Position numbers and translations under genes: made by a program. The notes below the pieces were generated by a model. That model ran no database searches and was not told the origin of the DNA. It was given only the letters and a program-made list of their open reading frames with translations. Below are positions 53,758 through 63,897 of a DNA stretch of 64,000 nt, in pieces; position 1 is the stretch's first letter; every line of letters starts with the position of its first letter. The DNA is from a virus (lineage: Duplodnaviria; Heunggongvirae; Uroviricota; Caudoviricetes): the IMG/VR virus record IMGVR_UViG_2595698887_000001. The stretch is one strand, 5' to 3'.

Positions 53758-54158
53758 CAGACATATTGAACATGGTGATTTCCTTTATCAGGAATAATAC
53801 CAAACTGGTAGTTGCAGCATTCTTAGCCATTGCCCTGTTGTCCGGGGCAGTTTACACTAAGCACTGGTACAACGACCAGATTACAGCATCTTATAATCGT
53901 GGTGTGAAGGATACTGATGATAAGTGGGTCGCTAAACAACAAGAGAACAAGAATGCTAACCATGACTACAAAGACAATCAGCAGAAAGCTTCTGATGAGT
54001 TGAGTAAACAACTTGAAGAAGAGAAGGCGAAGAATGCGAAGTTGCAGTCAGAGCTTGACAAGAAACAGACCGCCTATCAGAACTCCGATAATGGGAAGAA
54101 GAAGGGTCTGGACAATGACTTTGTGGACATCTACAACGAGAGCCTGTGGTTGAAATGA
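53754..54158 (+). CDS. i-spanin (Rz-like: N-terminal TM plus periplasmic coiled coil)
   Basis: TM helix LVVAAFLAIALLSGAV followed by a charged coiled coil. Overlaps the next gene. Confidence 0.55.
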   Translation: MTDILNMVISFIRNNTKLVVAAFLAIALLSGAVYTKHWYNDQITASYNRGVKDTDDKWVAKQQENKNANHDYKDNQQKASDELSKQLEEEKAKNAKLQSELDKKQTAYQNSDNGKKKGLDNDFVDIYNESLWLK

Positions 54159-54445
54159 GAAAGACAATCATAGCCGTATTAGTCGCTACAGCGCTTGTTA
54201 GCGGGTGCAGGAATCCTCCTGAAGTCGTACCTGTTGTGCAAAAGTTTAACCCGGCAGAGGTGCTAGCAAAGCCCCCTGCTGGGGCAATGATTGACCCTGT
54301 TGAACCAACACCTCTTCCATATGGTGCAGACAACTCAGTCAACAGCGCAATCATGAAGAAGAATAACATTGACGGAGCCAATGACCGTAGCAAACTGCGC
54401 ATACTCCAGCAATATATCCGAAACATATTTGATCCTAAAAAGTAA
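54155..54445 (+). CDS. o-spanin (Rz1-like outer-membrane lipoprotein)
   Basis: Signal peptide with lipobox LVSGC and a Pro-rich mature part. The start is embedded in the i-spanin 3' end. Confidence 0.55.
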   Translation: MRKTIIAVLVATALVSGCRNPPEVVPVVQKFNPAEVLAKPPAGAMIDPVEPTPLPYGADNSVNSAIMKKNNIDGANDRSKLRILQQYIRNIFDPKK

Positions 54446-54456
54446 TTGACAAGGCC

Positions 54457-54495
54457 CTTATTTTATGATAAGGGCTTTATTTTTATCAGGTTTCA
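54457..54495 (+). terminator. intrinsic terminator
   Basis: GCCCTTAT-tttatg-ATAAGGGC followed by TTTATTTTTAT. Confidence 0.55.
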
Positions 54496-54543
54496 TGGTA
54501 AACTACCTCCTATAGGCCAATTAAGGCACAAAATGGAGGTCTT

Positions 54544-56043
54544 TTGAGTAAAACATTCGGACCTGCCAGCCCCAAGCAGAAAATGATCCTGGAAAACAAC
54601 GCACAAATCCTGATCATTGGGGGTGCGGCGGGGTCAGGTAAATCTTACCTGCTTCAATTGATGCCCCTCAACATTATCGACGACCCAAGAACGAACTGCA
54701 TTATGTTCCGTAGAAACACCCCCCAGTTGAAGGGTGGTGGTGGTCTGTATGATACTGCACGAGGCATCTACACACAGCTTGCTCCTGAATGGAAGCCACG
54801 CTTCAGGGAGAAAGACCTTGAGGCAATTTTCCCTTCCGGTGCGAAAGTTAAGTGGTCCCACATGGAATATGAGAAAGATAAGTATTCTCACCAGGGTCTG
54901 CAATATACCTTTGTCGGGTTTGACGAAGGAACACAGTTTGAATGGTCTCAGATCGAATACCTTATGTCTCGTCTTCGTTCTGAATCCAAATATCCAAGCC
55001 GTATGGTTATCTCCTGTAACCCCGACCCAGACCACAAGATCAAGGAGTTGATCGAATGGTATCTTGATGATGATGGGTTCCCGATCCCTGAGCGTGACGG
55101 TGTTATCCGTTGGTTCATTCGCCGTGATGGTGAATTCATTTGGGGGGAAACTGCGGAGGAGTTGATCGAGAAATATTGGGACGGTGTGGATGTTCGTAAG
55201 AAGCCAAAGCCCCTGTCCTTCTCATTCATCAGTGCGACTATCTTTGATAACCCACCGATGCTTGACAATAACCCGGATTACCTTGCTTTCCTTGAAGGTC
55301 TACCAGAGATCGAAAAGGCACAGCTACTCCACGGTAACTGGAAGGTTCGCCCTGAAGGTGCAAACTATTTCCAGCGATCCTATTTGAAAGAAGTTCCTTG
55401 CCTTCCTTTGGGTGTGACATCAGTCCGTCCTTATGACAAGGCAGGCACAGAGAGAACCTCTGGCAACAGATATCCCGACTTTACCGCATCTGTTAAGGTG
55501 AGTAAAGATAGTGACGGTTTCTACTACCTGTCTGGTGACTATTGCCCTGAGTTCGTTGATGACGGAATGTATTCAACGCAAACACAAGGTCGTTTCTGTA
55601 AAAAAGCTGGTGAACGAGATGTTATCATTAAGAAGCAAGCCCACTTTGATGGTGATGACGTTGTTATCATTTTCAACGTTGACCCAGGTCAGGCTGGCAT
55701 TAGTGAGTTCACAACAAGTTCCCGTGAGCTTCTTGCTGAAGGATTTATCGTAGAGCGAGATCCTACACCGGGTAACAAATCAAAACTTACACGCTTCACC
55801 CCATTTGCAAAACTCGCTCAGTCTGGCATGGTGCGTATCGTAAGAGATAGCTTTGACGCTAAAACTTATGAAGCCCTTATGACTGAACTTGAGAAGTTCA
55901 ATGGTGAACGAAGCACAACAACCCGTAAGGATGACTGGGCTGACTGCGTGGCCTCTGGTATCAACTACCTTGAGAAGAACGAGATCATCAGACCTGTCGT
56001 AATCCCGAAAATTGTTGCTCCGACCTTGTATAAAAGACTTTAA
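54544..56043 (+). CDS. terL: terminase large subunit
   Basis: Walker A IIGGAAGSGKS and a C-terminal nuclease region. TTG start after GGAGGT. Confidence 0.8.
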   Translation: MSKTFGPASPKQKMILENNAQILIIGGAAGSGKSYLLQLMPLNIIDDPRTNCIMFRRNTPQLKGGGGLYDTARGIYTQLAPEWKPRFREKDLEAIFPSGAKVKWSHMEYEKDKYSHQGLQYTFVGFDEGTQFEWSQIEYLMSRLRSESKYPSRMVISCNPDPDHKIKELIEWYLDDDGFPIPERDGVIRWFIRRDGEFIWGETAEELIEKYWDGVDVRKKPKPLSFSFISATIFDNPPMLDNNPDYLAFLEGLPEIEKAQLLHGNWKVRPEGANYFQRSYLKEVPCLPLGVTSVRPYDKAGTERTSGNRYPDFTASVKVSKDSDGFYYLSGDYCPEFVDDGMYSTQTQGRFCKKAGERDVIIKKQAHFDGDDVVIIFNVDPGQAGISEFTTSSRELLAEGFIVERDPTPGNKSKLTRFTPFAKLAQSGMVRIVRDSFDAKTYEALMTELEKFNGERSTTTRKDDWADCVASGINYLEKNEIIRPVVIPKIVAPTLYKRL

Positions 56044-56058
56044 CAGAGGGGATAACTC

Positions 56059-57609
56059 GTGTCAACAAGATTTGCACAACCAGGGGCGGTTGTAAAGGCA
56101 GGGAATGAAAACCTTGCCGTTAGTCGCCTCCGTACCGGGGAATTAGGCTCTGGTGCTCTCTCCCAGCTTCGTGCAGAATCAGAAGTAATGAAGGTGGAAG
56201 AGCTACGCTGGCCTTGCTTCCTGGCAACCGTAGAGGCAATGAAGCAGGATCATACTGTTTCTACGGCGCTTGATACGAAATACGTATTCGTAACCAAAGC
56301 ATTCAACGATTTTAAAATCCTGTTCAATCGTGATAGCAAAGAGTCTAAAGATGCCGCTGAGTTTGTAGAGTATGCCCTGAAGAATCTTGCTAACCAGCAA
56401 ACTCTTCGAGATGTTGCTCGCAGTGCTGCAACTTTCAACGAATATGGATTCTCCATCTTTGAGAAAGTATACCGTACAGAATCAACTCCGTCAAAGTACG
56501 CTGGCTACATCACAATTGATAAGATTGCTTTCCGTCCACAGTCAAGCCTGTCCCGTTCTAAACCTTGGGTTTTTGACGATGACGGACGAACACTGAAGGG
56601 CATCTATCAAAGCAAAATGGCTTTTGCAAACTTCCAGAACGGCCTGACTCAGATCTCTTCTGCGATGAGCTTGGTAACCAACCTTACCTCTTCCGCTGAT
56701 GAAGTCTTTATCCCGATCAACAAACTGATGGTGATGAGTCTTGGTGGAACAGAATCCAACCCGGCAGGTGTTTCTCCTTTGGTTGGGTGTTATCGTGCTT
56801 TCCGTGAGAAGATCCTGATTGAGAATCTTGAGACCATTGGTGCTTCCAAAGACCTCGGTGGTATCATCGAACTTAAGATCCCTTCTCAGATCCTGAACAA
56901 AGCAGCAATTGACCCAAAATCCCCAGAGGCCGAAATGGTTCAGGGGTTAATGGCAGATGCTGCAAACGCACACGCAGGCGAGCAGGCTTACTTCATCCTC
57001 CCTTCTGATATGAACGCTCAGGGTGGTGAACAGTACAAAATGGCCCTGAAGGGCATTGACGGTGCTGGTAAGCAGTATAGCACTCAAGAACTGGTGAACT
57101 CACGTAAGAAAGCGATCCTTGACCGCTTTGGTGCGGGATTTATCAACCTTGGTAATGATGGTCAGGGTTCTTACAACCTGTCAGAATCTAAACAGTCTAT
57201 CCACGGGCATTTCGTTCAGCGTGATATTGACATCATCGTTGAAGCATTCAACAAGAATCTGATCCCTCAGCTTCTGGCACTGAATGACATCCGTCTTTCT
57301 GACGAAGACATGCCAAAACTGAAGCCTGGTCTGATTCAGGAAGTGGACATGGAGGGCTTCTCCAAGTTTGTTCAGCGTATTGGTGCTGTTGGATACTTAC
57401 CTAAAACTCCTACGGTTATCAACAAGATCCTTGAAGTTGGTGGCTTTGATGAGGAAATTCCAGAAGACATGTCTACGGACGAGCTTCTGAAACTCCTTGG
57501 TCAGGATACCAGTCGCTCCGGTGATGGTATGACAGCAGGCTCTAGCGGTAATGGAACAGGAAAAATCTCCTCAACAAGAGACAATTCTGTATCCAATATG
57601 GATAATTAA
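56059..57609 (+). CDS. portal protein (by size and position)
   Basis: 516 aa immediately 3' of terL. GTG start after AGAGGGGA. Confidence 0.55.
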   Translation: MSTRFAQPGAVVKAGNENLAVSRLRTGELGSGALSQLRAESEVMKVEELRWPCFLATVEAMKQDHTVSTALDTKYVFVTKAFNDFKILFNRDSKESKDAAEFVEYALKNLANQQTLRDVARSAATFNEYGFSIFEKVYRTESTPSKYAGYITIDKIAFRPQSSLSRSKPWVFDDDGRTLKGIYQSKMAFANFQNGLTQISSAMSLVTNLTSSADEVFIPINKLMVMSLGGTESNPAGVSPLVGCYRAFREKILIENLETIGASKDLGGIIELKIPSQILNKAAIDPKSPEAEMVQGLMADAANAHAGEQAYFILPSDMNAQGGEQYKMALKGIDGAGKQYSTQELVNSRKKAILDRFGAGFINLGNDGQGSYNLSESKQSIHGHFVQRDIDIIVEAFNKNLIPQLLALNDIRLSDEDMPKLKPGLIQEVDMEGFSKFVQRIGAVGYLPKTPTVINKILEVGGFDEEIPEDMSTDELLKLLGQDTSRSGDGMTAGSSGNGTGKISSTRDNSVSNMDN

Positions 57610-57675
57610 TTTCAACTTACTGAAATAGCTTGCAAAAGAAAATGAACGGTGTTAAAATAACTATCAACGGGGAAA

Positions 57676-58305
57676 ATGATGAAATACACAAGTATTGCTG
57701 ACCTTCCTGCATCGGTATCTGATCTGTCTCTCGTTCAGAAGAGCAAGGTACTGAATATTGCAAATGGCCTGATTGCTTCAGGCCAATCTCCTGAAGCCGC
57801 TATCGAGAAGGCTTCCAAAGACGTTCTAAACGTGAACGTTAAAACTGAAATCAACAAGTCAACCTCTGTTGTAAGCGTCCAGAAAGATGCTGGAGAGCAG
57901 ATGATTTCCTACGAAGTCATTTACGAACCAGACGCTAAAGATGCTCACGGCGAATGGATGTCTGCTGAGACAATTGCCAAAGCCAAGCAGTCTTTTGATA
58001 AGGCACACGAAGCTGGCATTGTTAAAGAGAACCTCTTCCACATGATTGAGACTGACTCTTTCACAATCGAGAAGACTTGGATTCAGGAAGAATTTGATGT
58101 GGTGGTTATCGGGACCGAGCAGGTAATTAAAGCTGGCACCTGGGTAGCTAAAGTTAAATATAACGACCCTGTTCTCTGGGACCTCAAAAAGTCTAACGTT
58201 GTGGGTGGTCTAAGCATTCAATGCTCCGGCTCCATCAACAAAGAAACAGGTGAGATCAGCAACGTTGATTTCGGTGTCGAATATGTTGAGGAAGATGGCG
58301 AATGA
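57676..58305 (+). CDS. head-module protein, possible prohead protease
   Basis: 209 aa between the portal and scaffold-like genes. Assignment is by synteny only. Confidence 0.3.
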   Translation: MMKYTSIADLPASVSDLSLVQKSKVLNIANGLIASGQSPEAAIEKASKDVLNVNVKTEINKSTSVVSVQKDAGEQMISYEVIYEPDAKDAHGEWMSAETIAKAKQSFDKAHEAGIVKENLFHMIETDSFTIEKTWIQEEFDVVVIGTEQVIKAGTWVAKVKYNDPVLWDLKKSNVVGGLSIQCSGSINKETGEISNVDFGVEYVEEDGE

Positions 58306-59303
58306 CAATTGCTAAAGCCAAAGCCATTAAAGAGAAGGGTATCGCACTCTGCCACGAGAGTCAAGGATTTTCTGCAAACCTGCGACCAGTGTCACTTCTG
58401 ATGAAGTCTGACCTGCAACCAGAACAGATTACCGAAGACGTTATCAAGGCATTGCAGCAAGTTACTGTCTCTATGAGCTTTGAAGAATTCCTGCGTAGAT
58501 TCTTCTATATGTGGAGTGATGACGCGGAACTGCTTACCAAGCTGCTGGGCTTTGAAACTGAACTTGAAAACGAAGCTGCTGAAAATCCTGACGATGAATG
58601 GGTCCAAGCATGGAACGCTCAACACCAGGAATGGCTTGAAGAACGTATGGAGTCCATCTCCATTGCTAAAGCTGCAAACAGCGGTGAACAAATCGACCTT
58701 GTTAAACAGTACGAACTGCTGAAGCTTCAGCAACTGTTTGAAAAAGGCGTAAGCGAATTAGGTCTGACCTTCACAGAAGGTGAGTCCAAAGATCTCCAGG
58801 TAACTGGGGTCGTCAAAGAAGCAGGTACTGACCCTGTAATTGATACATCCAAAGAAAATAAGGAGACCTCAGTGTCCGATAATGTTACTGATGTAACCAA
58901 GTCTCAAGAATACCTTGACCTGGTTAAGCAACTGGAAGATGCCAAAGCGAAAGCTGCTGCTGCTGATGAAATTATCAAGGCTGCGGAGCAAGTAGAAAAG
59001 AATGCTGCTCTGACTAAAGCGAAAGGTTTCACCTTTGCTGCTGAAGCTGACCACGCATCACTGGCTGATTTCATCATCGAAAAAGCTAATGCCCCGGTAG
59101 TAGCTCTTCTGGAAAAAGCTCAGGCTCGTATTAGCGAACTGGAAACAGAAGTTGAAACCGTGAAGAAAGAATTCAGCACTGCTGAACACGGATCTGGTGC
59201 TGAAGCGCCTGTTGATGACATCAACAAGTCTGCTGAAGACATTCTGAAAGCAAACATCGAGAAAGCGAAAGCTCGCGCTCGTGAAGCTGCACAAAACGCC
59301 TAA
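58302..59303 (+). CDS. scaffolding-like protein (acidic Ala/Glu/Lys-rich coiled coil)
   Basis: 333 aa with composition and position typical of scaffold proteins. Confidence 0.5.
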   Translation: MTIAKAKAIKEKGIALCHESQGFSANLRPVSLLMKSDLQPEQITEDVIKALQQVTVSMSFEEFLRRFFYMWSDDAELLTKLLGFETELENEAAENPDDEWVQAWNAQHQEWLEERMESISIAKAANSGEQIDLVKQYELLKLQQLFEKGVSELGLTFTEGESKDLQVTGVVKEAGTDPVIDTSKENKETSVSDNVTDVTKSQEYLDLVKQLEDAKAKAAAADEIIKAAEQVEKNAALTKAKGFTFAAEADHASLADFIIEKANAPVVALLEKAQARISELETEVETVKKEFSTAEHGSGAEAPVDDINKSAEDILKANIEKAKARAREAAQNA

Positions 59304-59323
59304 TATCGAGGAGATTTAAATAA

Positions 59324-59743
59324 ATGGCTAATCCAATCCAAGGGTACTACTCTGACATCGTTCTGGGTAAAGTGGACTCTTCTGACCAGGGCTACAGCTT
59401 CCTGGAAATGGAAATCACCTACAGCGCTGGCCTGAAGGCTGGTATGATCGTTAAGGCAGACGGTACTCTTGCCGCTACTGCTGACGCTGCAAGCGCTTTT
59501 GGTGTGATCACTGACCGTGACCTCGTTCCTGCGTATGACGCTCCGCGTCCTTTCGTTGTAGGACAGAAGTATAACTTCGTCGTGGCTGTTCGTGGTCTGA
59601 CCCTGAACAAATTCAAACTGTTTTTCGCTGACGGTACTACTGCAATCAACGCTGCCGCTATCGCTGCTCTTGAGGCCAAAGGTCTGAAGATCACTGATAA
59701 ATATTACGACGGTTCCGTTGAGATCCCAGTAACGTCTATCTAA
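59324..59743 (+). CDS. small head protein, possible decoration protein
   Basis: 139 aa directly upstream of the major capsid gene, with high-expression codon usage. Confidence 0.4.
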   Translation: MANPIQGYYSDIVLGKVDSSDQGYSFLEMEITYSAGLKAGMIVKADGTLAATADAASAFGVITDRDLVPAYDAPRPFVVGQKYNFVVAVRGLTLNKFKLFFADGTTAINAAAIAALEAKGLKITDKYYDGSVEIPVTSI

Positions 59744-59764
59744 TCTACACCAAGGAGAATAACA

Positions 59765-60778
59765 ATGGCAGTAGTACGCACTAATGACTTCCAGATCGTC
59801 GATCTCGGCGCTACTCTGGAAATCGTACCACGTCAGTACCGTCTGATCACCAACATGGACCTGTTCACAGCGTACCACGGTGTAACGACTGTCGCTCAGA
59901 TCGAACGTGTTGATGAAGTTGTAACTGACTTCCCGGCTCGTCGTCGTCAGGGTGAACGTAACTACGTTGGTACTGAAAAGGCCCAACTGAAAAACTTCAA
60001 CATTCCGTTCTTCCCACTGGATCGTCAGATCACAGCGGCAGACGTGCAGAACTTCCGTAAGTATTTTACTGCTGACGCTCCGAAGTCTGTAGAAGATGTT
60101 GTTGCTCGTGTGGTTCGTCGTATCCGCATCTCTCATGAACAACTGAAAGAAAAAGCAATGCTTCAGGCGATCATGGGTAAATCCTGGGCACCACAGGACC
60201 CAACCGCTCAGTACAACTACTTCACCGAGTGGGGTGTTACTCAGCACACAGCTAACATCGACTTCACCGATGTAGCAACCGATCCAACTGACATCATCGA
60301 AGCTGACGCTCGTGCGTACATCATCGACAATGCTGGTGACAACGGTAACAACTACGGTATCGTAGTTCTGGCTTCTCGTAAGTGGTTCTCAGCGCTGATC
60401 GCTCACCCGCTGGTAATGAACGCTTACCAATACTACTCTTCTACTCAAGAGCCGCTTCGTCGTCGTCTGGGTCAAGGGCAGGAAAACGCCAACAACCGTA
60501 TGTTTGTTCACAAGAACGTAACTTACATCGAGGATATCTCCAACTACATCCCTGATGGTGAAGCTTACATTCTGCCGCAAGGAATCGACGACATGTTCCA
60601 GATTCACTATGCACCAGCAGATGACGTTCGTGAAGCGAACACTCCTGCACAAGAACTGTACCTGTGGTACAAATCTTCTGCATACCTGCGTGAAGAAAAG
60701 GTTGAGTCCGAAACTTCCTTCCTGACTGTTAACACCCGTCCGGAACTGGTTGTTCGCTCTACTGGTACTTTCGCATAA
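59765..60778 (+). CDS. major capsid protein
   Basis: 337 aa with strongly optimised codons, followed by a strong terminator, in the head module. Confidence 0.6.
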   Translation: MAVVRTNDFQIVDLGATLEIVPRQYRLITNMDLFTAYHGVTTVAQIERVDEVVTDFPARRRQGERNYVGTEKAQLKNFNIPFFPLDRQITAADVQNFRKYFTADAPKSVEDVVARVVRRIRISHEQLKEKAMLQAIMGKSWAPQDPTAQYNYFTEWGVTQHTANIDFTDVATDPTDIIEADARAYIIDNAGDNGNNYGIVVLASRKWFSALIAHPLVMNAYQYYSSTQEPLRRRLGQGQENANNRMFVHKNVTYIEDISNYIPDGEAYILPQGIDDMFQIHYAPADDVREANTPAQELYLWYKSSAYLREEKVESETSFLTVNTRPELVVRSTGTFA

Positions 60779-60797
60779 GATAGCGTAACTGCTACCT

Positions 60798-60842
60798 CTA
60801 AGAGGGGGAGGTGATTATTCACCTCTCCCTTTTTCTTTTTTC
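60798..60842 (+). terminator. strong intrinsic terminator after capsid gene
   Basis: GAGGGGGAGGTGA-ttattc-ACCTCTCCC followed by TTTTTCTTTTTT. Confidence 0.7.
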
Positions 60843-60912
60843 GTCCCCTTAATAATAGCCACTTCATCACTGGTGTCAAGTGGTTTTTACTAAGGTAACC
60901 AATGGAGATTTT

Positions 60913-61437
60913 ATGGCTAATCAAAACTATCGTATTTTCCCGAACAAAGTAGAACTGTTCAAATTCTTCGGCACTTATGCTCCTGAACTGAATGTTGGTG
61001 TTTCCGCACGTCTTCCACTGAACGGATTCTGTGTTGGAAAAGAGCACAAGGCTTTCCGCAACTCCGTTGACTTCTTCAAGGCTCTTGCAGAGATCTCTGG
61101 CCTGGATGTGGATGCTGAACATTCAACACTGCGTATGGGTACATACATCGTATTTTTCAACAGCGCTCTTCCAAACCCTAATCGTCGCGGTAAGGCAGTT
61201 GAAGCTACTGTGGCTCCGAAGGTTGATGCCTCGGTAGTCGAGGTTAAGTCTGCAAGTTATGAAGCAATCCTGACAGAAGCAGAAGCTCTCAATGATGAAG
61301 CTGACAAGAAGGGTAGCAAAGATAAACTTGCTGACTTGGCAGCAACCAAAGGCATCACCCTTGCGAAAAACAAATCTTTCGAAAACATGATGGCTGACTT
61401 CAAGGCTGCTCTTGAAGAACTAGAGCCTGCAAAATAA
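60913..61437 (+). CDS. hypothetical structural protein
   Basis: MANQNYRIF follows a GGAG RBS. 175 aa. Confidence 0.45.
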   Translation: MANQNYRIFPNKVELFKFFGTYAPELNVGVSARLPLNGFCVGKEHKAFRNSVDFFKALAEISGLDVDAEHSTLRMGTYIVFFNSALPNPNRRGKAVEATVAPKVDASVVEVKSASYEAILTEAEALNDEADKKGSKDKLADLAATKGITLAKNKSFENMMADFKAALEELEPAK

Positions 61438-61446
61438 GGGGTAAAA

Positions 61447-63204
61447 ATGGCAGATTACAATGATAAGGTCGTTAACGCCGAACTGATCCTCCCAGAGGGC
61501 GGTGCGGGGGAGACCTTTGTTGATGATGGTCAATTCCACACGGAAGACACGACCACCGTCACACTTCTCGGTAATGGTACATCCACTACCCCACTGAAGG
61601 CAACTGTTATTGTAGATCCTGCTTCCGGAAACGCACTTCCACCTGCATCAACAATGCAGGAAGGCGATACATATGTTATTGGAACACACTACTGGACTGT
61701 TGTAAACCAGCAATGGGTTGACCTTGGAGACTTCGCTGGTCCACAGGGTCAGGATGGTATCGGTCTGGTAATCAAAGGATCTTTCACCGACACTGCATTC
61801 CTTCCACAAGAAGGGAACACCGAAGGTGATACTTACATCATCCAGGAACAGATGTGGGTTTGGACCGGAGATGAAGATGGTTGGCAACCAGTAGGGCAAG
61901 TTGGACCAACTGGTCCACAGGGTGCCACTGGTGCTACAGGTCCACAAGGACCTAAAGGTGATAAGGGTGACAAGGGGGATAAGGGAGACCAAGGTCCTCA
62001 AGGCATCCAAGGTCTTACCGGAGCACAAGGTCCAAAGGGAGACAAAGGCGACAAAGGTAACGATGCTGCCATTGTTAAACTGAAAGGGACCAAGGCTACT
62101 GAAGCTGATCTTCCGTCCTTTGGTAACGCTGTCGCAGATGCTTGGGTTGTACAGGAAAACAACCACGTATGGGTTTGGACATCAGATGGTGCTTGGGAAG
62201 ATATTGGCTCTGTACAGGGTCCGAAGGGAGACCAAGGCGATGTCGGTCCTCAAGGTCCACAGGGACAGAAAGGCGATCAAGGACCAATCGGTCCAGATGG
62301 TGCCACTGGTCCGGCAGGTGCAGACGGCCCTCAAGGTATTCAGGGACCAATCGGTCCAAAAGGCGACAAAGGGGACACAGGTCTAACTGGTCCGGTAGGC
62401 CCTCAAGGTGAAATGGGTCCTGGTGTAGAGATCATCGGCAAACTGGACAACAGTTCTGAACTTCCTTCTACTGGTACGCTGGGTCAGGGTTACTTGATCA
62501 ATGGCGATTTCTGGGGATGGACAGGAACAACCTACGAAAACCTTGGGCCTATTCAAGGTCCTCAAGGGGAGGTTGGTCCAACAGGACCTACTGGTCCACA
62601 GGGTAGTCAAGGGATTCAGGGTGTTAAAGGTGACCAAGGTACTCTTTGGTTAAACTTTGCACGTAACCCAGGTCCTGCTGATGGTCGAGTTGGGGATTAC
62701 TTCATTAACAAATCCACACTTGAATATTTCCAGAAAACCTCTGCTACGGTATGGGCTTCTCTCGGATATATGGGTGGTGGTAACGTTTATGATACCTCCT
62801 CTACCACACCACAAGCCCGTACAAGTTCAGGTTGGGTAAACGTACCAGTTCTTGAAGCACCTACTGACAGTGGTTATTATGTTCGTGTAAACAGTGCATG
62901 GAAGAAGCTTGATCGTTACGACCTTCTTGTGACTTCTACAACTGGGGCAATGGACGTTAGCGTGTCACAAGTCTTCAAGGTTGATGGTACTGCGAACAAG
63001 ACCATGAGCTTCACAAACCTCCCTGCTAACCGAGCGATGACAATCGTGATCGTGTTCACGGGTTCCGGTGCGTCCCTGACGTGGCCTGGAAACCTAGCAT
63101 GGTCAAACGGTACGTCAGTGACTCTTGGAACAACCCGTACAGTGGTTACTATCCTTTGGGATGGTACAAACCTGACAGGTACTACGTCCTTAACGGTTAA
63201 CTGA
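61447..63204 (+). CDS. collagen-like (Gly-X-Y) repeat fibre protein with globular N- and C-terminal domains
   Basis: About 60 GXY triplets ([34 protein letters not shown]...) in three blocks, followed by a roughly 200-aa non-collagen C-terminus. Confidence 0.65.
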   Translation: MADYNDKVVNAELILPEGGAGETFVDDGQFHTEDTTTVTLLGNGTSTTPLKATVIVDPASGNALPPASTMQEGDTYVIGTHYWTVVNQQWVDLGDFAGPQGQDGIGLVIKGSFTDTAFLPQEGNTEGDTYIIQEQMWVWTGDEDGWQPVGQVGPTGPQGATGATGPQGPKGDKGDKGDKGDQGPQGIQGLTGAQGPKGDKGDKGNDAAIVKLKGTKATEADLPSFGNAVADAWVVQENNHVWVWTSDGAWEDIGSVQGPKGDQGDVGPQGPQGQKGDQGPIGPDGATGPAGADGPQGIQGPIGPKGDKGDTGLTGPVGPQGEMGPGVEIIGKLDNSSELPSTGTLGQGYLINGDFWGWTGTTYENLGPIQGPQGEVGPTGPTGPQGSQGIQGVKGDQGTLWLNFARNPGPADGRVGDYFINKSTLEYFQKTSATVWASLGYMGGGNVYDTSSTTPQARTSSGWVNVPVLEAPTDSGYYVRVNSAWKKLDRYDLLVTSTTGAMDVSVSQVFKVDGTANKTMSFTNLPANRAMTIVIVFTGSGASLTWPGNLAWSNGTSVTLGTTRTVVTILWDGTNLTGTTSLTVN

Positions 63205-63205
63205 C

Positions 63206-63230
63206 AAAAGGGGCTTCGGCCCCTTCTAAA
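63206..63230 (+). terminator. intrinsic terminator (AGGGGC-UUCG-GCCCCU)
   Basis: Hairpin then TCTAAAGG (weak U-run), 3' of the collagen-like gene. Confidence 0.4.
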
Positions 63231-63239
63231 GGAGAAAAA

Positions 63240-63884
63240 ATGGTAGTATATTCCTACACACCAATGATCAGGTCTTCTGATGGAAAATACCCGGTATACC
63301 TTACTGATTTCAGGGCCGACAACCCTAACGTCAGTATTGGGACTTGGGTGTACTCAGAGAACATTGCGGAGTTTGGATATTTTCCGGTTATCCCTGTGAC
63401 ACCGCCTACGGGCGATGTTGTCCTGGAAGGACCGCCTGAATTTAACGACCAAACCCAGCAGTGGGAACAGACATGGACATCTCGTGATTTCTCACCTGAA
63501 GAGATTGCTGCTAACCTTGAAGCTGCAAAGCAAAATAGAAAAGCAGAGGCACAAAACGTTCTCTCTCGTGATGTTGAGTTAGGCATCCCTTATCCGGTAG
63601 GTAATGTTGAGTACAAAGTCAGAGTGAAAAGCTTTGACCTCGCAACTCTCCTTACAATCAAATCGGTACTTGATTCAGATGGTGATCAAAGTTCTGAGGT
63701 GTATCCTTTCAGATTCCTTGATGGTTATAAATCAGACTTTACACACGCTGAAATGAAAGACTTGGTACTCCAGGTTTCTCGTGCTCAGTATAATCTGATG
63801 AAGTCTTACTGGTCATACCTTGATCAGGTGGAGCAAGCCTCCACAATTCAAAACATTCCCGCAGTTCCTGAATCATTCCTATAA
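63240..63884 (+). CDS. hypothetical structural-module protein
   Basis: AAAGGAGAAAAA RBS. 214 aa. Confidence 0.5.
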   Translation: MVVYSYTPMIRSSDGKYPVYLTDFRADNPNVSIGTWVYSENIAEFGYFPVIPVTPPTGDVVLEGPPEFNDQTQQWEQTWTSRDFSPEEIAANLEAAKQNRKAEAQNVLSRDVELGIPYPVGNVEYKVRVKSFDLATLLTIKSVLDSDGDQSSEVYPFRFLDGYKSDFTHAEMKDLVLQVSRAQYNLMKSYWSYLDQVEQASTIQNIPAVPESFL

Positions 63885-63897
63885 GGAGAAATAAAAT

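Noticed and set aside
62096-62411. Several 60-90-aa ORFs on both strands inside the collagen-repeat region
   Set aside because: These are frame-shifted translations of the GXY DNA repeats, with Arg/Pro-rich junk sequence.
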